Shown one piece after another: positions 47,202-64,000 of a stretch of DNA of 64,000 nt; within the stretch, counting starts at the first letter, position 1; each line of letters begins with the position of its first letter. The stretch is from NCBI RefSeq assembly GCF_009914755.1, contig NC_060937.1; one strand, 5' to 3'. The DNA is from the human T2T-CHM13v2.0 reference genome, Homo sapiens. The position numbers were made by a program, and so were the translations under genes. A model generated the notes under the pieces. It saw only the letters and a program-made list of their open reading frames with translations. It had not been told where the DNA came from and ran no database searches.

Positions 47202-47320
47202 TTTTTTTTTGAGATGGCATCTCGCTCTGTCGCCCAGGCTGGAGTGCAGTGACGCGATCTCGGCTCACTGCAACCTCCGCCTCACGGGTTCATGTGATTC
47301 TCCTGCCTCAGGCTCCTGGG
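47202..47320 (-). mobile_element. Alu right-arm fragment
   Basis: Partial Alu body. Confidence 0.9.
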
Positions 47321-47524
47321 ATCCAGAAGACAAAGCCAAAAGACTGAGCAGGCGCAAGTCAGACTGGACCTCTATATAGTCAGGCTGAAGAGGACATCTC
47401 AGTGGATTTGCCAGGGCACCCACCACATTAATGTTAGTTGTAAATCTGTAAGAAGACGCACACCAGAAAGGCAGCTATAATACTGTGGTTAAGACTGTAG
47501 GCTGTGGAGGAAATTGCGTGGGTT

Positions 47525-48500
47525 ACAATTTAACCATTTTTAAATGTGCAATTCAGTGGCATTAAGTACATTCATATTGTCCTGCAACCATCCCCACCAT
47601 CCATCTGCAAAACGTTTTCATCTTCCTGAATGAAACTCTTTACTCATCAAACATGAACTCCCATTTTTTCCCTTCCCAAACCCCTGACAACCACCTGTCT
47701 ACTTCCTCTTTCTATAAATTTGGCTTTTCCAGGTACCTCATATGAGTGGAAGCATACAATATTTGCCCTTTTGTGTCTGGCTTATTTCACTGAGCATATG
47801 TTCTTACAGTTCATCCATGTTGTAGCATGTGTCAGAATTTCCTTCCTTTCTAAGGCTTAATAGTATTCCATTATATGTATATATCATATTTTGTTTATCC
47901 ATTCGTCAGTAGACATTAACATTATTTCCACCTTTTGCCTACAGTGAATAATGCTGCTAAAAACGTCAGTAAACAAATATCTATTTGAGTTCCTGCTTTC
48001 AGTGCTTTTATATATTCACACCCAGAAGTGGATCATATAGTAATTTTACATTTACTTTTTTGAGGGACTGCCATACTATTTTCCCACAAGGCTGCACCAT
48101 TTTACACTCCCAACAGCAATATACAAGTGTTCCAACTTCTACATATCCTCACCAACACTTGTTGTTTTCTGTTTTCTGATACCAGCCATCCTAATTGGTG
48201 TGAAGAGGAGGCTCACTGTAGTTTTGATTTGTATTTCCCTAATGATTAAAGATGTTGAGTACCTTTTCAGGTGTTTTTGTTGGCCATTTATCAATCTTCT
48301 TTGGAGAAACATATATTCAGTTCCTTGCTCATTTTTGAATTGGATTGTTTGGCTTTTTTGTTGTTGAATTCTCAGATTTCTTTGTATATTCTGGGTAATA
48401 ATCCCTTATCAGATGTGTGATCTGCAAATACTTTCTCCCACTTTGTGGGTTGTCTTTTACTCTGTTGATAGTGTCCTGTGATGCACAAAAGTTTTTACTT
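47525..48500 (-). mobile_element. L1MB-like 3' end, antisense, inserted into a MIR
   Basis: caattcagtggcattaagtacattca..; MIR-like pieces at 47480-47525 and 48505-48630. Confidence 0.85.
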
Positions 48501-49232
48501 TAGTCTAGGTTATAATCTTGACTCCACAATTTACTCAATGTGACCTTGGACCAGCTATTTAACCTCTCTGGGTGTCAGTGTCCTCATCTGAGGACATCTA
48601 TCTCACAAAGTGGATGTAAAGATTAAATAATTCCTGATAAGGGTGGCAAGACCATTCAATGGGGAAAGGACAATATCTTCAACAAGTGGTGCTGGGAAAA
48701 CTGAATATCTACATGCAAAAGAATGAAGTTGGACCCTTACCTTGTATCGTATACAAAAATTAACTGAAAACGAATCAGAGACCTAAACATAAGACCTAAA
48801 CCTATAAAAACGATAAGAAGAAAACATAGGAGAAAAGCTGTATTACCCTGGATTTGACAATGATTTCCTGGATGTGATATCAAAAGTGCAGGCAAGAAAA
48901 GTAAAAATAGATAAATCAAACTATGTAAAATGAAAACTACTGTGCATTCAAGGACCTGATCAACAGACATGTAAGGAGCTTACAGAATGGGAGAAAATAT
49001 TTGCAAATCATATATTTAATAAAAGGTTATATCTAGAATACATAAAGAATTACAACTCAACAATATAAAACCATATAATTCAAATTAAAAACAGGCACAG
49101 GGCTTGAATAGACATTTCAAGATATACATACTTGCCCCACAAGCACATGAAAAACTCAACATCAGTAATCATTAGGGAAATGCAAACCAAAACCACAATA
49201 AGATATCACCTCACACCCATTAGGATGGCTAC

Positions 49233-50043
49233 TATGGTATAATAAAAAATAAATATTTGGTCTTTGCCACTGGTTCCTGGCACAAAGTTCCTAAAACTCT
49301 TGGAATTTACTGTCTTGTATGCTAATGAGATGACTCAAAGCAGGGGCCCCTAGATACCTTCAGGTTAGGGGTTAGTCACTAGAAAAACCAACCAGGGGAT
49401 TACATCATTAAAACTTCAGCCGCTCCCATTACCTCCACTCCTTTTCCCTCCCCAGTCTCTGGAGTAGGGAGAGGGACCTGAGATTAAATTTAATTACCAA
49501 TGGCCAATGATTTAATCAATCATTCCTACGTAATGAAACCAATCAAACCCCTAAAGGATGAGGTTCAGAGAGCTTCTGGGTTGGTGAACACATCGAGGTG
49601 CTGGGAGAGTAGTGTGCCCAGAGGGGACATGGAAGCTCCGTCCCACCACCCCCAACCCCCACCCAGTACCTTGCCTTATGCATCTCTTCCATTTGGCTGT
49701 TCCTGGGTTGTATGAATCCTTTATAATAAACCGGTAAATGTTTAGTAAAGTGTTTTCCTAAGTTCTGTGAGCCATTCCAGTGAATTATCAAGCCTGAGGA
49801 GTTGTGGAAACTCCAAATTTATAGCTGGTCAGTCAGAAATATTGGTGACCCCTGGGACTTTCAACCAAAGTGGGGACAGTCTTATAGGAATGAGTCTTTA
49901 ACCTATGAGGTCTGTGCTAATCTTAGAAGTTCGTATCAGAACTGACCTGAATTGCTGGACACCCAGTTGGTGCCAGAGAATTGGTTGAATTGGTTGTTGG
50001 TGTGGAAAAAACTCTGTGTATTTAGAGTCAGGAAAAACCTCTC
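49233..50043 (+). mobile_element. MER21 LTR
   Basis: atatttggtctttgcc..ggttcctggcaca..cctaaaactcttggaattt; ggacacccagttggtg. Confidence 0.85.
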
Positions 50044-50607
50044 AGCTACTATTAAGAAATGAAAACAAAAACAGGAAATAACAAGTGTTGGTGAGGATGC
50101 AGAGAAATTGGAAGGCTTATACATTGCTGGTAGAAACGTACAATGGTGCAGACATTATGGAAAACAGTATAGCGAGTCCTCAAAAAATTAAACATAGAAT
50201 TACCATATGATCCAGCAATTCTACTTCTGAGTAGATATCCAAAAGAACTGAAAGCAGGATCTTGAAGAGGTATTTGCACACCCATGTTCATAGCAGCATT
50301 ATTCACAATAGCCAAGTGGTGAAAACAACCTATTGTCTATTGATGGATAAACAAAATGGTGCATGCGTGCGTGCATGTGTGTGTGTGTATTCATATATAT
50401 ATGAAATAAGCCAGTCACAAAAGGACAAATACTAGATGATTCCACTTATATGAGGTATAATAAGTAGTCAAATTTATAGAGACAGAAAGTAGAATGGTGG
50501 TTGCCAGAGGCTAAGAACAGGAATGGAGGAATTAATTGATATGGAGTTTCAGTTTGGAAGGATGAAATATTCTGGAAACTGGCTGCACAACAATGTAACT
50601 GTACTTA

Positions 50608-50946
<339 letters not shown>

Positions 50947-50965
50947 GGTTCAGATGGTAACTTTC

Positions 50966-51271
<306 letters not shown>

Positions 51272-53002
51272 TCATGTTATGTATTTTTTACCACAATAAA
51301 AAAGATTAAATTATTAAATTCACATCAAATATCTTCACCAGTGCCTCACACATGGTAATGCCTCAACGCTTGTTAGCTGGCATTATTTATACCGGTGGCC
51401 TAATGTAGACGCCAAGCAGACCAGTGTCTTTGGAGTTAACCTTTCAATGCCCGCAGGATACCCATTTAGATTTAATATTTAGAAATAAAAATAGTGGTCC
51501 TGAGTTCTTGTACAAACACTGGAAAGTTCTTTCTTTAACATCCTAGAATACCTTAAATGTAAGTAGTATATGGACTTGCAGCTGGATCTTGTCACCCTTC
51601 TTGTCCTCTGTTAGCATGTCCTATCATCAGCACACCACCACCAACCATAGCAAAACCGTCTCAGGATGGCTCCTAGCCCATCCAAAATTTGCAATCATCC
51701 CCTAGCTTTGCCGTCGGTTTTACCAGCCTTGCTTTTTTTCAATACTGCCAGACATAAGCTTTACCAAGTCTGTACAACTTCTACAAAAAAGAAGCAAACA
51801 GTTGTTGAGTTTAATAGTCACCATACCCTCCTGAACTCTAGAACATAGCCAGATTTTCCAAATGTAAATTGTACTAAAATTTGTTTTTAAATGGGGTCAA
51901 GGGGATGTCTCCTGCTTCACATGAGTTGTCTTACAAGGTGGGTCCTGAAACTTAAGCTAAGTAATAGAACTTGAGCACTATAAATATGTGTCCTGCCTTA
52001 TATCCATTAATTATGCGCCAATGTCACAGGCTGGAAAGGAATACCAAAAATAAAAAGATGTTAGGAATCCGGAGCAACTTTTCTCTTTTTCGAAAGCTTC
52101 CCTTATTCTTCAATCACATTTTAAATATATGGAGACTAAGTTAAAATTGCTCACTAATGTCTATCCTCTTTTTATTCATATAACTTTCAACAATCATTAC
52201 TTGTGAATATCCCCTTATGAATCCTCATAATCAACTGGTTTTTAAAAAGCTAGATAAAAAAAAAAAAACCCACTCCTGTCGTAATGTTATTTTTACAGCT
52301 GTGGGCAGGGAACCCATAGCAATTCCCTATTCCTTTAATATTTTAGAAGGAATTTTTTCTATACTACCCGGGATTTAAAATTTAAATTTTTTTCCCTTGA
52401 GATACAAAAACTGAAGTTCAATATAATAAATGACGGGTCTGTGTTGCTGACTGAGACCACAGCATGAAAGCAACAGAATTGCCTTGCACTTTTTTCATAA
52501 TGGATGGCTCAAAACAAGCCAAAGTCCAACCTACAGAAAACTTGGCTCTGCTTTGATTTGCTTGAACAAGAAGTTCCAATTGGAAAGCATTCGCTAGGAG
52601 GGTGAGAACATCTGGATTCTGCGATGATAGAGTAGAAACAGATGGTGGCTTTGTGGAAGAGGGGCTGTGACTTTTCTACTGAAAACAGCATATCCCATGG
52701 TTTTTCTCTTGTTTTTCTAATAAACAAAGCCTGTCTCCATCTAATTAGCTTCAAAAAATAATTTACAGTTCCAGAGCTCTCCAAAAGAATTGAACATTTG
52801 TATAATGGGATGCTATAGCAAAAAAATGATGAATGTCAAGGAGAATACCAATAAAGATTACATCATTGACTTTTAAGCAGAAATATTTCATTGAATTTTA
52901 AATGCAGGGTAGAATTTAATTTACTGTCTCCAACCTCTCCTCCTCTCCACCCTCCATGAAATAAAAGGCAAATAGCTACAACATAGCTTATGTATATGTA
53001 AA

Positions 53003-53215
53003 CTTTGGAGCTGGACTGCCTGGGTTCAAATCTTGATTCAACCATTCCTTAACGTGGGCAAAGAACTTACTTAACTTCTTTGTACTTCACTTTCTTCATT
53101 TGTAAATGAGAATAATACCTTATAGAGTGGATGTGAGAATTAAGTGAGTTAATTTAATACATGTAAGCACTTAAGACAATGTCAGCATATAGTAGGCACT
53201 CAATAAATGTTACTT
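53003..53215 (+). mobile_element. MIR
   Basis: ctgggttcaaatc..gggcaag..cttaac..tgtaaatgag..gcactcaataaatgtt. Confidence 0.85.
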
Positions 53216-53222
53216 ATTTTTA

Positions 53223-54252
<1,030 letters not shown>

Positions 54253-54447
54253 TTCTTTTCAGTGCCCAGTACAGTAGAAAATCATGTGTTACCTCGTGGA
54301 GCAATGAATAGAACATGGAGCTCAGATCAGCAGATGGAGGAGTCCCTGCTCTGCCTTAGTGACTCTTGGGTACTCTTGAGTAAGTTCTTACTCTCTAAGC
54401 CTCCCACGCACCTAGGCTGGTAAATAGAATGCACAAAATCAACAATT

Positions 54448-54921
<474 letters not shown>

Positions 54922-56011
54922 AACAATTCTTAATTAATGAAAATACGCCTATGTGTAAGGGGCCCTGGACAATTACTCATCATGAGCCCTTCTTTTTTAG
55001 GTCTTTCACAGATTGTCGCAGTAAACAAAACTTTAAGACAAATTAGATAAAGAAACATGCCCATCCACTCTGAAAGCTTGGTTAAACCAATTTTGAAGAC
55101 TAAATTGTAACTTTAGACCAGTTTGCCATCCAAAGGTTTCTCTTTCTAGTTTCAGTTTCCTCTAAGCCAGGAAGAAGTTTCAGGAGATCCACAGGTTATG
55201 TAAATGAGTAAAGCAAGATAATAGGGAGTGTTAGAAACTCTGGAAAACTGGATTGTATCGGCCCCGTCAAAAAAGAATTCAAATTAAAATGTTTTGTCCA
55301 AAATTCACGTGTGGGCCTGAGTCAGTGCTCAGGTAACCAGACATCAGCCTTTGTTTTTTAAAAAGTTAGTATACCTAACTGAATGAAGTTTACATTAACT
55401 GGAATCCAGAGCTGTTTTATACAGCTCTTTGCTCAACTTCTCTTACTAAATTCCTAGATGTTTATTCAGAATTGACCTCTCTCCTGCTTCATCATCTAGC
55501 AACCGTACTAACACCATACATAGCTTGCTGCTGTCAGCAGAAAGGTACTATTAAGGGATATGGCTAGCTGCTCTTAGGAACTCATTAAAGCTATAGAGGA
55601 ACTGCAGTCATGCAACATTCATCCAACAGGTATTTATAGAGCACCTACTCTGAGCATAACGAAATATCACAAAGCCATCTAGGGCAGGTTTTTCCATTTG
55701 TCCACCCCTGTTGTACCAAAAGGATTTGGATTTAGCAAATCAAGGCGTCAGTTTCCTTTCTTAGTCCTTTGGATAAACTGGTGCCTTTCATTTACCAGGA
55801 GCAAAACATTTTTTCCTTGTTATTTATAACTAAAATCACAGCAAATCTGCTTCTCATCTTGTATTTCTGAAATTGGTATAAAGTTATTCTGAACACCATA
55901 CAAGTCAGTTCAGCCTATATATGTGGAGTGCAGGTACTCTACTCAACCATATGTGGAGAGTCAAAAGGCCTTTGGCCCTTATGGAGCTTACGATCTAAAA
56001 TGACCACTTAT

Positions 56012-56311
56012 GGCCAGACAAGGTGGCTCACGCCTATAATCCCAGAACTTTGGGAGGCTGAGGCAGGAGGATTGCTTGAGCCCAGGAGTTTGTCACCAGC
56101 CCGGACAACATAGTGAGATTTTATTGCTACTAAAAATTTAAAAATTACCCAGACATGGTGGCGCATGCCTGTAGTCAGGGGGCTGAGGCAGGAGGACTGT
56201 GTGAGCCCAGTAGTTCAAGGTTGCAGTGAGCTATGGTCAAGCCACTACATTCCAGCATGGATGACAGAGTGAGACCCTGTCTCTACAAAATATAAAAATA
56301 AAAATAATAAA
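56012..56311 (+). mobile_element. AluJ-like
   Basis: Full Alu; TSD aaaatgac. Confidence 0.93.
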
Positions 56312-56739
56312 ATGACTGCCTACAACTCCGGTACACATTAAATGAATATACAAAATTATAATTGCACAAAATACACAGAGCTTATTTTAGGATGGTAAAG
56401 CTTATAAATTGGTTGCCAAAACAGAGTATGGCTGATACTTTAGTTCCACTTTTCTGTTTAATCTCAGAACTCAGGTTATTCCTCTCCTCATTTTAGTTAA
56501 GGAAACTGAAGCCTGAAGGATTAAATGCCTCACAAAGTCCATAAGGGCCAAGAGACAATAACTCGGGCTTCTTGGTGGGTGACAAGCCACACTCTGCCAC
56601 CACTACACTTAGATGACATCTCCCTTTCTGCACTGAATAGCAACCGCCCAATCCTGGGCCACCGAGAAAGTGTCTTAGGAACATGTTAAATGAGAATTTC
56701 ATGTTAAAAGTGAGGTGATGATGAAGAGTAGTATTTTTA

Positions 56740-58690
<1,951 letters not shown>

Positions 58691-59109
58691 AGGTAGAAGA
58701 GGTAAAGAAAAAGTAGGAAAAAAAGGCTTAGAAACAGATAGGTGTGTAGGTTGGAGGATACAAAACCAGGTTGTGAAGTTGCACAGTCTCTCAGAGGCCA
58801 TCTTTCACTCTGGTCTGTGAGAATGTTGCTCCCTAGAGTTGTGAAACAGGTGTTACCAACTCACCCCCTACACTGACTCCATCTTTGCTATAAATTGGAA
58901 AGAAAGAACATCTATTCTCAATAGAGCAAATACAGGCATATCATGGTGGTTTTGACTGGTTGGGATACAGAAAATAAACAAACACATATGTAGAATTTAT
59001 CAAAAGAGCTAATGTCACAATGCAAAGGAAGTTGAATCTAGGAATAAACAAAATGTTGGCCACATAGCATTGGAAGCTCAGAGGATGGTGGGCCACTCAT
59101 GGGGCCCTT

Positions 59110-59270
59110 TACTTACACTGTCTCATTTAGTGTTATCAAGAGTCCTGCAATAGGATATTATTTTTTATAAATGAGAAAACTGAAGTCCACAGTGGTGAAG
59201 TAACATGCACAAACTCATGCAGCTGGGAAGTGATAGAGCCAAAATTCCAAAGACAATGAACTTTCCCCTG
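59110..59270 (-). mobile_element. MIR fragment
   Basis: atgagaaaactgaag..gtgaagtaac.tgc.caa motif. Confidence 0.7.
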
Positions 59271-59931
59271 TAGCACGCGGCTTTACATACAAAAAAGAAT
59301 AGGATATATGATCCCTGCTCTCAGAGCTCACACACTATTAGGGGAAAAGATATATAAATAACTGTAAAACAATGAGATGAATGGGAAACTGGTTTATGAG
59401 CAAAGTACTATGGGAATATAGGCTTGTAAATCCATTCTCTCAGGCAGCTGTATATTTACCGTAGACAGGGAAGGAGAATAAGAACGACAAAGGCAAGATA
59501 GTAATACATTTCCATGATGATACAGTGAATATCCTTCATTGCCATCTTAAATAGGTATTCATAATTTACCATTTAGAATCAGAAATTTCTTAAGTTTATG
59601 AGGTTATTATGACCCTTATTTGCAGATTTTTTTAAGTAGAAAGAGAGTTTAAGATTCATGCATTTAAAGTAAAGTGCTTCAAGATACCAGTATTTTTATA
59701 TTTTGTGTAAGGAATGGGGGGAAATAAGAATATAAATATAAACATATAAATATATAGCTTATTTGTGCATAAATGTATACTGAAGGTCAAATAAAAAACC
59801 TCTGGGGTAGAAGTTTGTGGAATGGGCTAAAAGAGATAGGAATGGAAGCAAGACTTTTCTGAATATATCTTTGTATAGAGATTTTCTTTTTAATCCATGT
59901 AACCATTTTACATATTCAAGGAAAAACCAGT

Positions 59932-60367
<436 letters not shown>

Positions 60368-60604
60368 TTACTACTGTATATTCTAAGGACAAAAAGAATT
60401 TCAAAAACATATCGAACTTCATACTGTATCTTATTTTTAGTAGTAAAGATAGCACTTTGATTTTGTGACTATTTTGTGTATGTTTTAGGACAAAGCAAAT
60501 ATTTTGATATTATTAGAAACTAAGGTGATCAGTGTGAGAAAAAGTGTTCATATATCAAATTATAGAAGCTAATATGTATTGTTAAAATCTGAATTGATCT
60601 GTGT

Positions 60605-61910
<1,306 letters not shown>

Positions 61911-62274
61911 TTAAATTACTTTGCTGTAGAGGGAGATGCTATCTTCACCATCTAAGGCTGTTTTATCTAAACATCCTTGAAAAGATAGTCCAGAAAAAAA
62001 TAAAGGGCAATCTACATTCTACAAGACAACTGGCTCCATCCATTTAAAAAGTCAATGTCATTTTTAACAAAAGGGTATTTTGGGGGATAATGTAGAATAA
62101 AAGAAGGCATAATCAAGTGCAATGCATGAATCTTAATTGGATTCTGAATCAGAAAAAGAAGGGCTATAAAAGACATTTTGTGGGCACTTGGGGAAATCTG
62201 AACATAGACTGGATATTAGATTATTTTAGGGAATTGCTTTCTTAGGTGTAATAATAATAATATGTGTTTTGTAG

Positions 62275-62573
<299 letters not shown>

Positions 62574-62710
62574 GAAGCACAACCTTATTCTTAGAAGATA
62601 CACTCTGAAGTGTCATGTGTATCTGAAAGAAATCTTCAAATTGTTGAACAACACATGTACAGTAAATTGAACTACATGAAATTGTTTCTATTCAATTTTT
62701 ATTATAATTT

Positions 62711-63012
62711 CTTTGTTTTTTTTTTTTGAGACGGAGTCTCGCTGTGTCGCCCAGGCTGGAGTGCAGTGGCGTGATCTCGGTGCACTGCAAGCTCCGACTC
62801 CCGGGTTCATGCCATTCTCCTGCCTCTCAGCCTCCCGAGTAGCTGGGACGACAGGCGCCCACCACCACGCCCGGCTAATTTTTGATATTTTTTTAGTAGA
62901 GACGGGGTTTCACCGTGTTAGCCAGGATGGTCTCGATCTCCTGACCTAGTGATCCGCCCGCCTCAGCCTCCCAGAATGCTGGGATTACAGGCATGAGCCA
63001 CCGCGCCCGGCC
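62711..63012 (-). mobile_element. AluY
   Basis: Full Alu. Confidence 0.95.
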
Positions 63013-63382
63013 TTTTTATTATCATTTCATATACTTCAACCTGATAAATAAGTATAGCAAATATTAATGGTTGTTTCAGCCTGGTGATAAATATATGAAT
63101 GTTACTATCCTATTCTTTCAACTTTTTTGATTACTTGGAAATTTTATTAATAAAGTTTTGAAAAAAAACAAAATAAGAAAAAAAGTTTGACATCAAACTC
63201 ACGGAGGAAGTGAATGCTACTTTTACCACTTAGTACCTAATGATGGCAACAATGCCAAGAGAAGTTTCCGGGGTGGGAGCTGTTGGGGGCACCTGAGGCA
63301 GCTTTATTCCATCCACATCTTCCATTAAGAAGGCTTATTGCCACCCACAATAAGCATAACCCTACCTAAGAATAGTGTGCTT

Positions 63383-63463
63383 GGCTACTCTGGGCATACT
63401 GCCTATGGGGTACTCCTGCTCTGCAAGGAGCAGTAAAAAAAAAATTTAAATTAAATTAAATTA
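63383..63463 (+). mobile_element. Short non-Alu retroposed insert with A-rich tail and TSD
   Basis: 52-nt body plus A-rich tail between aagaatagtgtgctt and aaaaacagtgtgctt. Confidence 0.65.
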
Positions 63464-63769
63464 AAAAACAGTGTGCTTTAGCCCAAGCCTCCTAAGCACT
63501 AGATTTTGGCTCCTAAGGCGCACTAAGTGGATGCTTTGTGACCTGGGCGAGGTGCTTAATTCTCCAAGGACTTAGTATTAAGTAAATATGAAGAATAAGG
63601 AGGAAAGAGTTCAGGATGACTTCCACATTTCTGGCCAGAGTGACACCTTAGGAAGAGAAAGCGTAAGCATCCCTGGGGAGTTAGGAGTTATTTCAGGCCA
63701 AAGCACTGAAGGAAAGAGAGACCTTAAAGAGAAGCTTTAACAGTGGTATATTGGACTCAGTGCCGTCTT

Positions 63770-64000
<231 letters not shown>

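Overview
Primate genomic DNA, human-like (AluY, MER11, L1PA/L1M present), with no recognisable protein-coding gene; I could not identify the locus. The listed ORFs are mostly Alu/L1-derived or incidental. From ~0.39 to 14.2 kb is a locus-specific tandem array of ten diverged ~1.1-1.3 kb units arranged (A-B-C)x3 + D, with a ~3.7 kb higher-order period. Its history can be ordered from shared and private insertions (Alus, a solo MER11 LTR), and the units retain exon-like splice signals and a hairpin-prone core. At 14.6-16.7 kb and 26 kb there are several small minus-strand exon candidates. A CpG-rich, probably bidirectional promoter lies at ~26.8-27.3 kb, with candidate plus-strand exons downstream. 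The rest (17-64 kb) is dominated by L1, Alu, LTR, MIR and L2 remnants. Repeat boundaries and subfamily calls were made by eye and are approximate.
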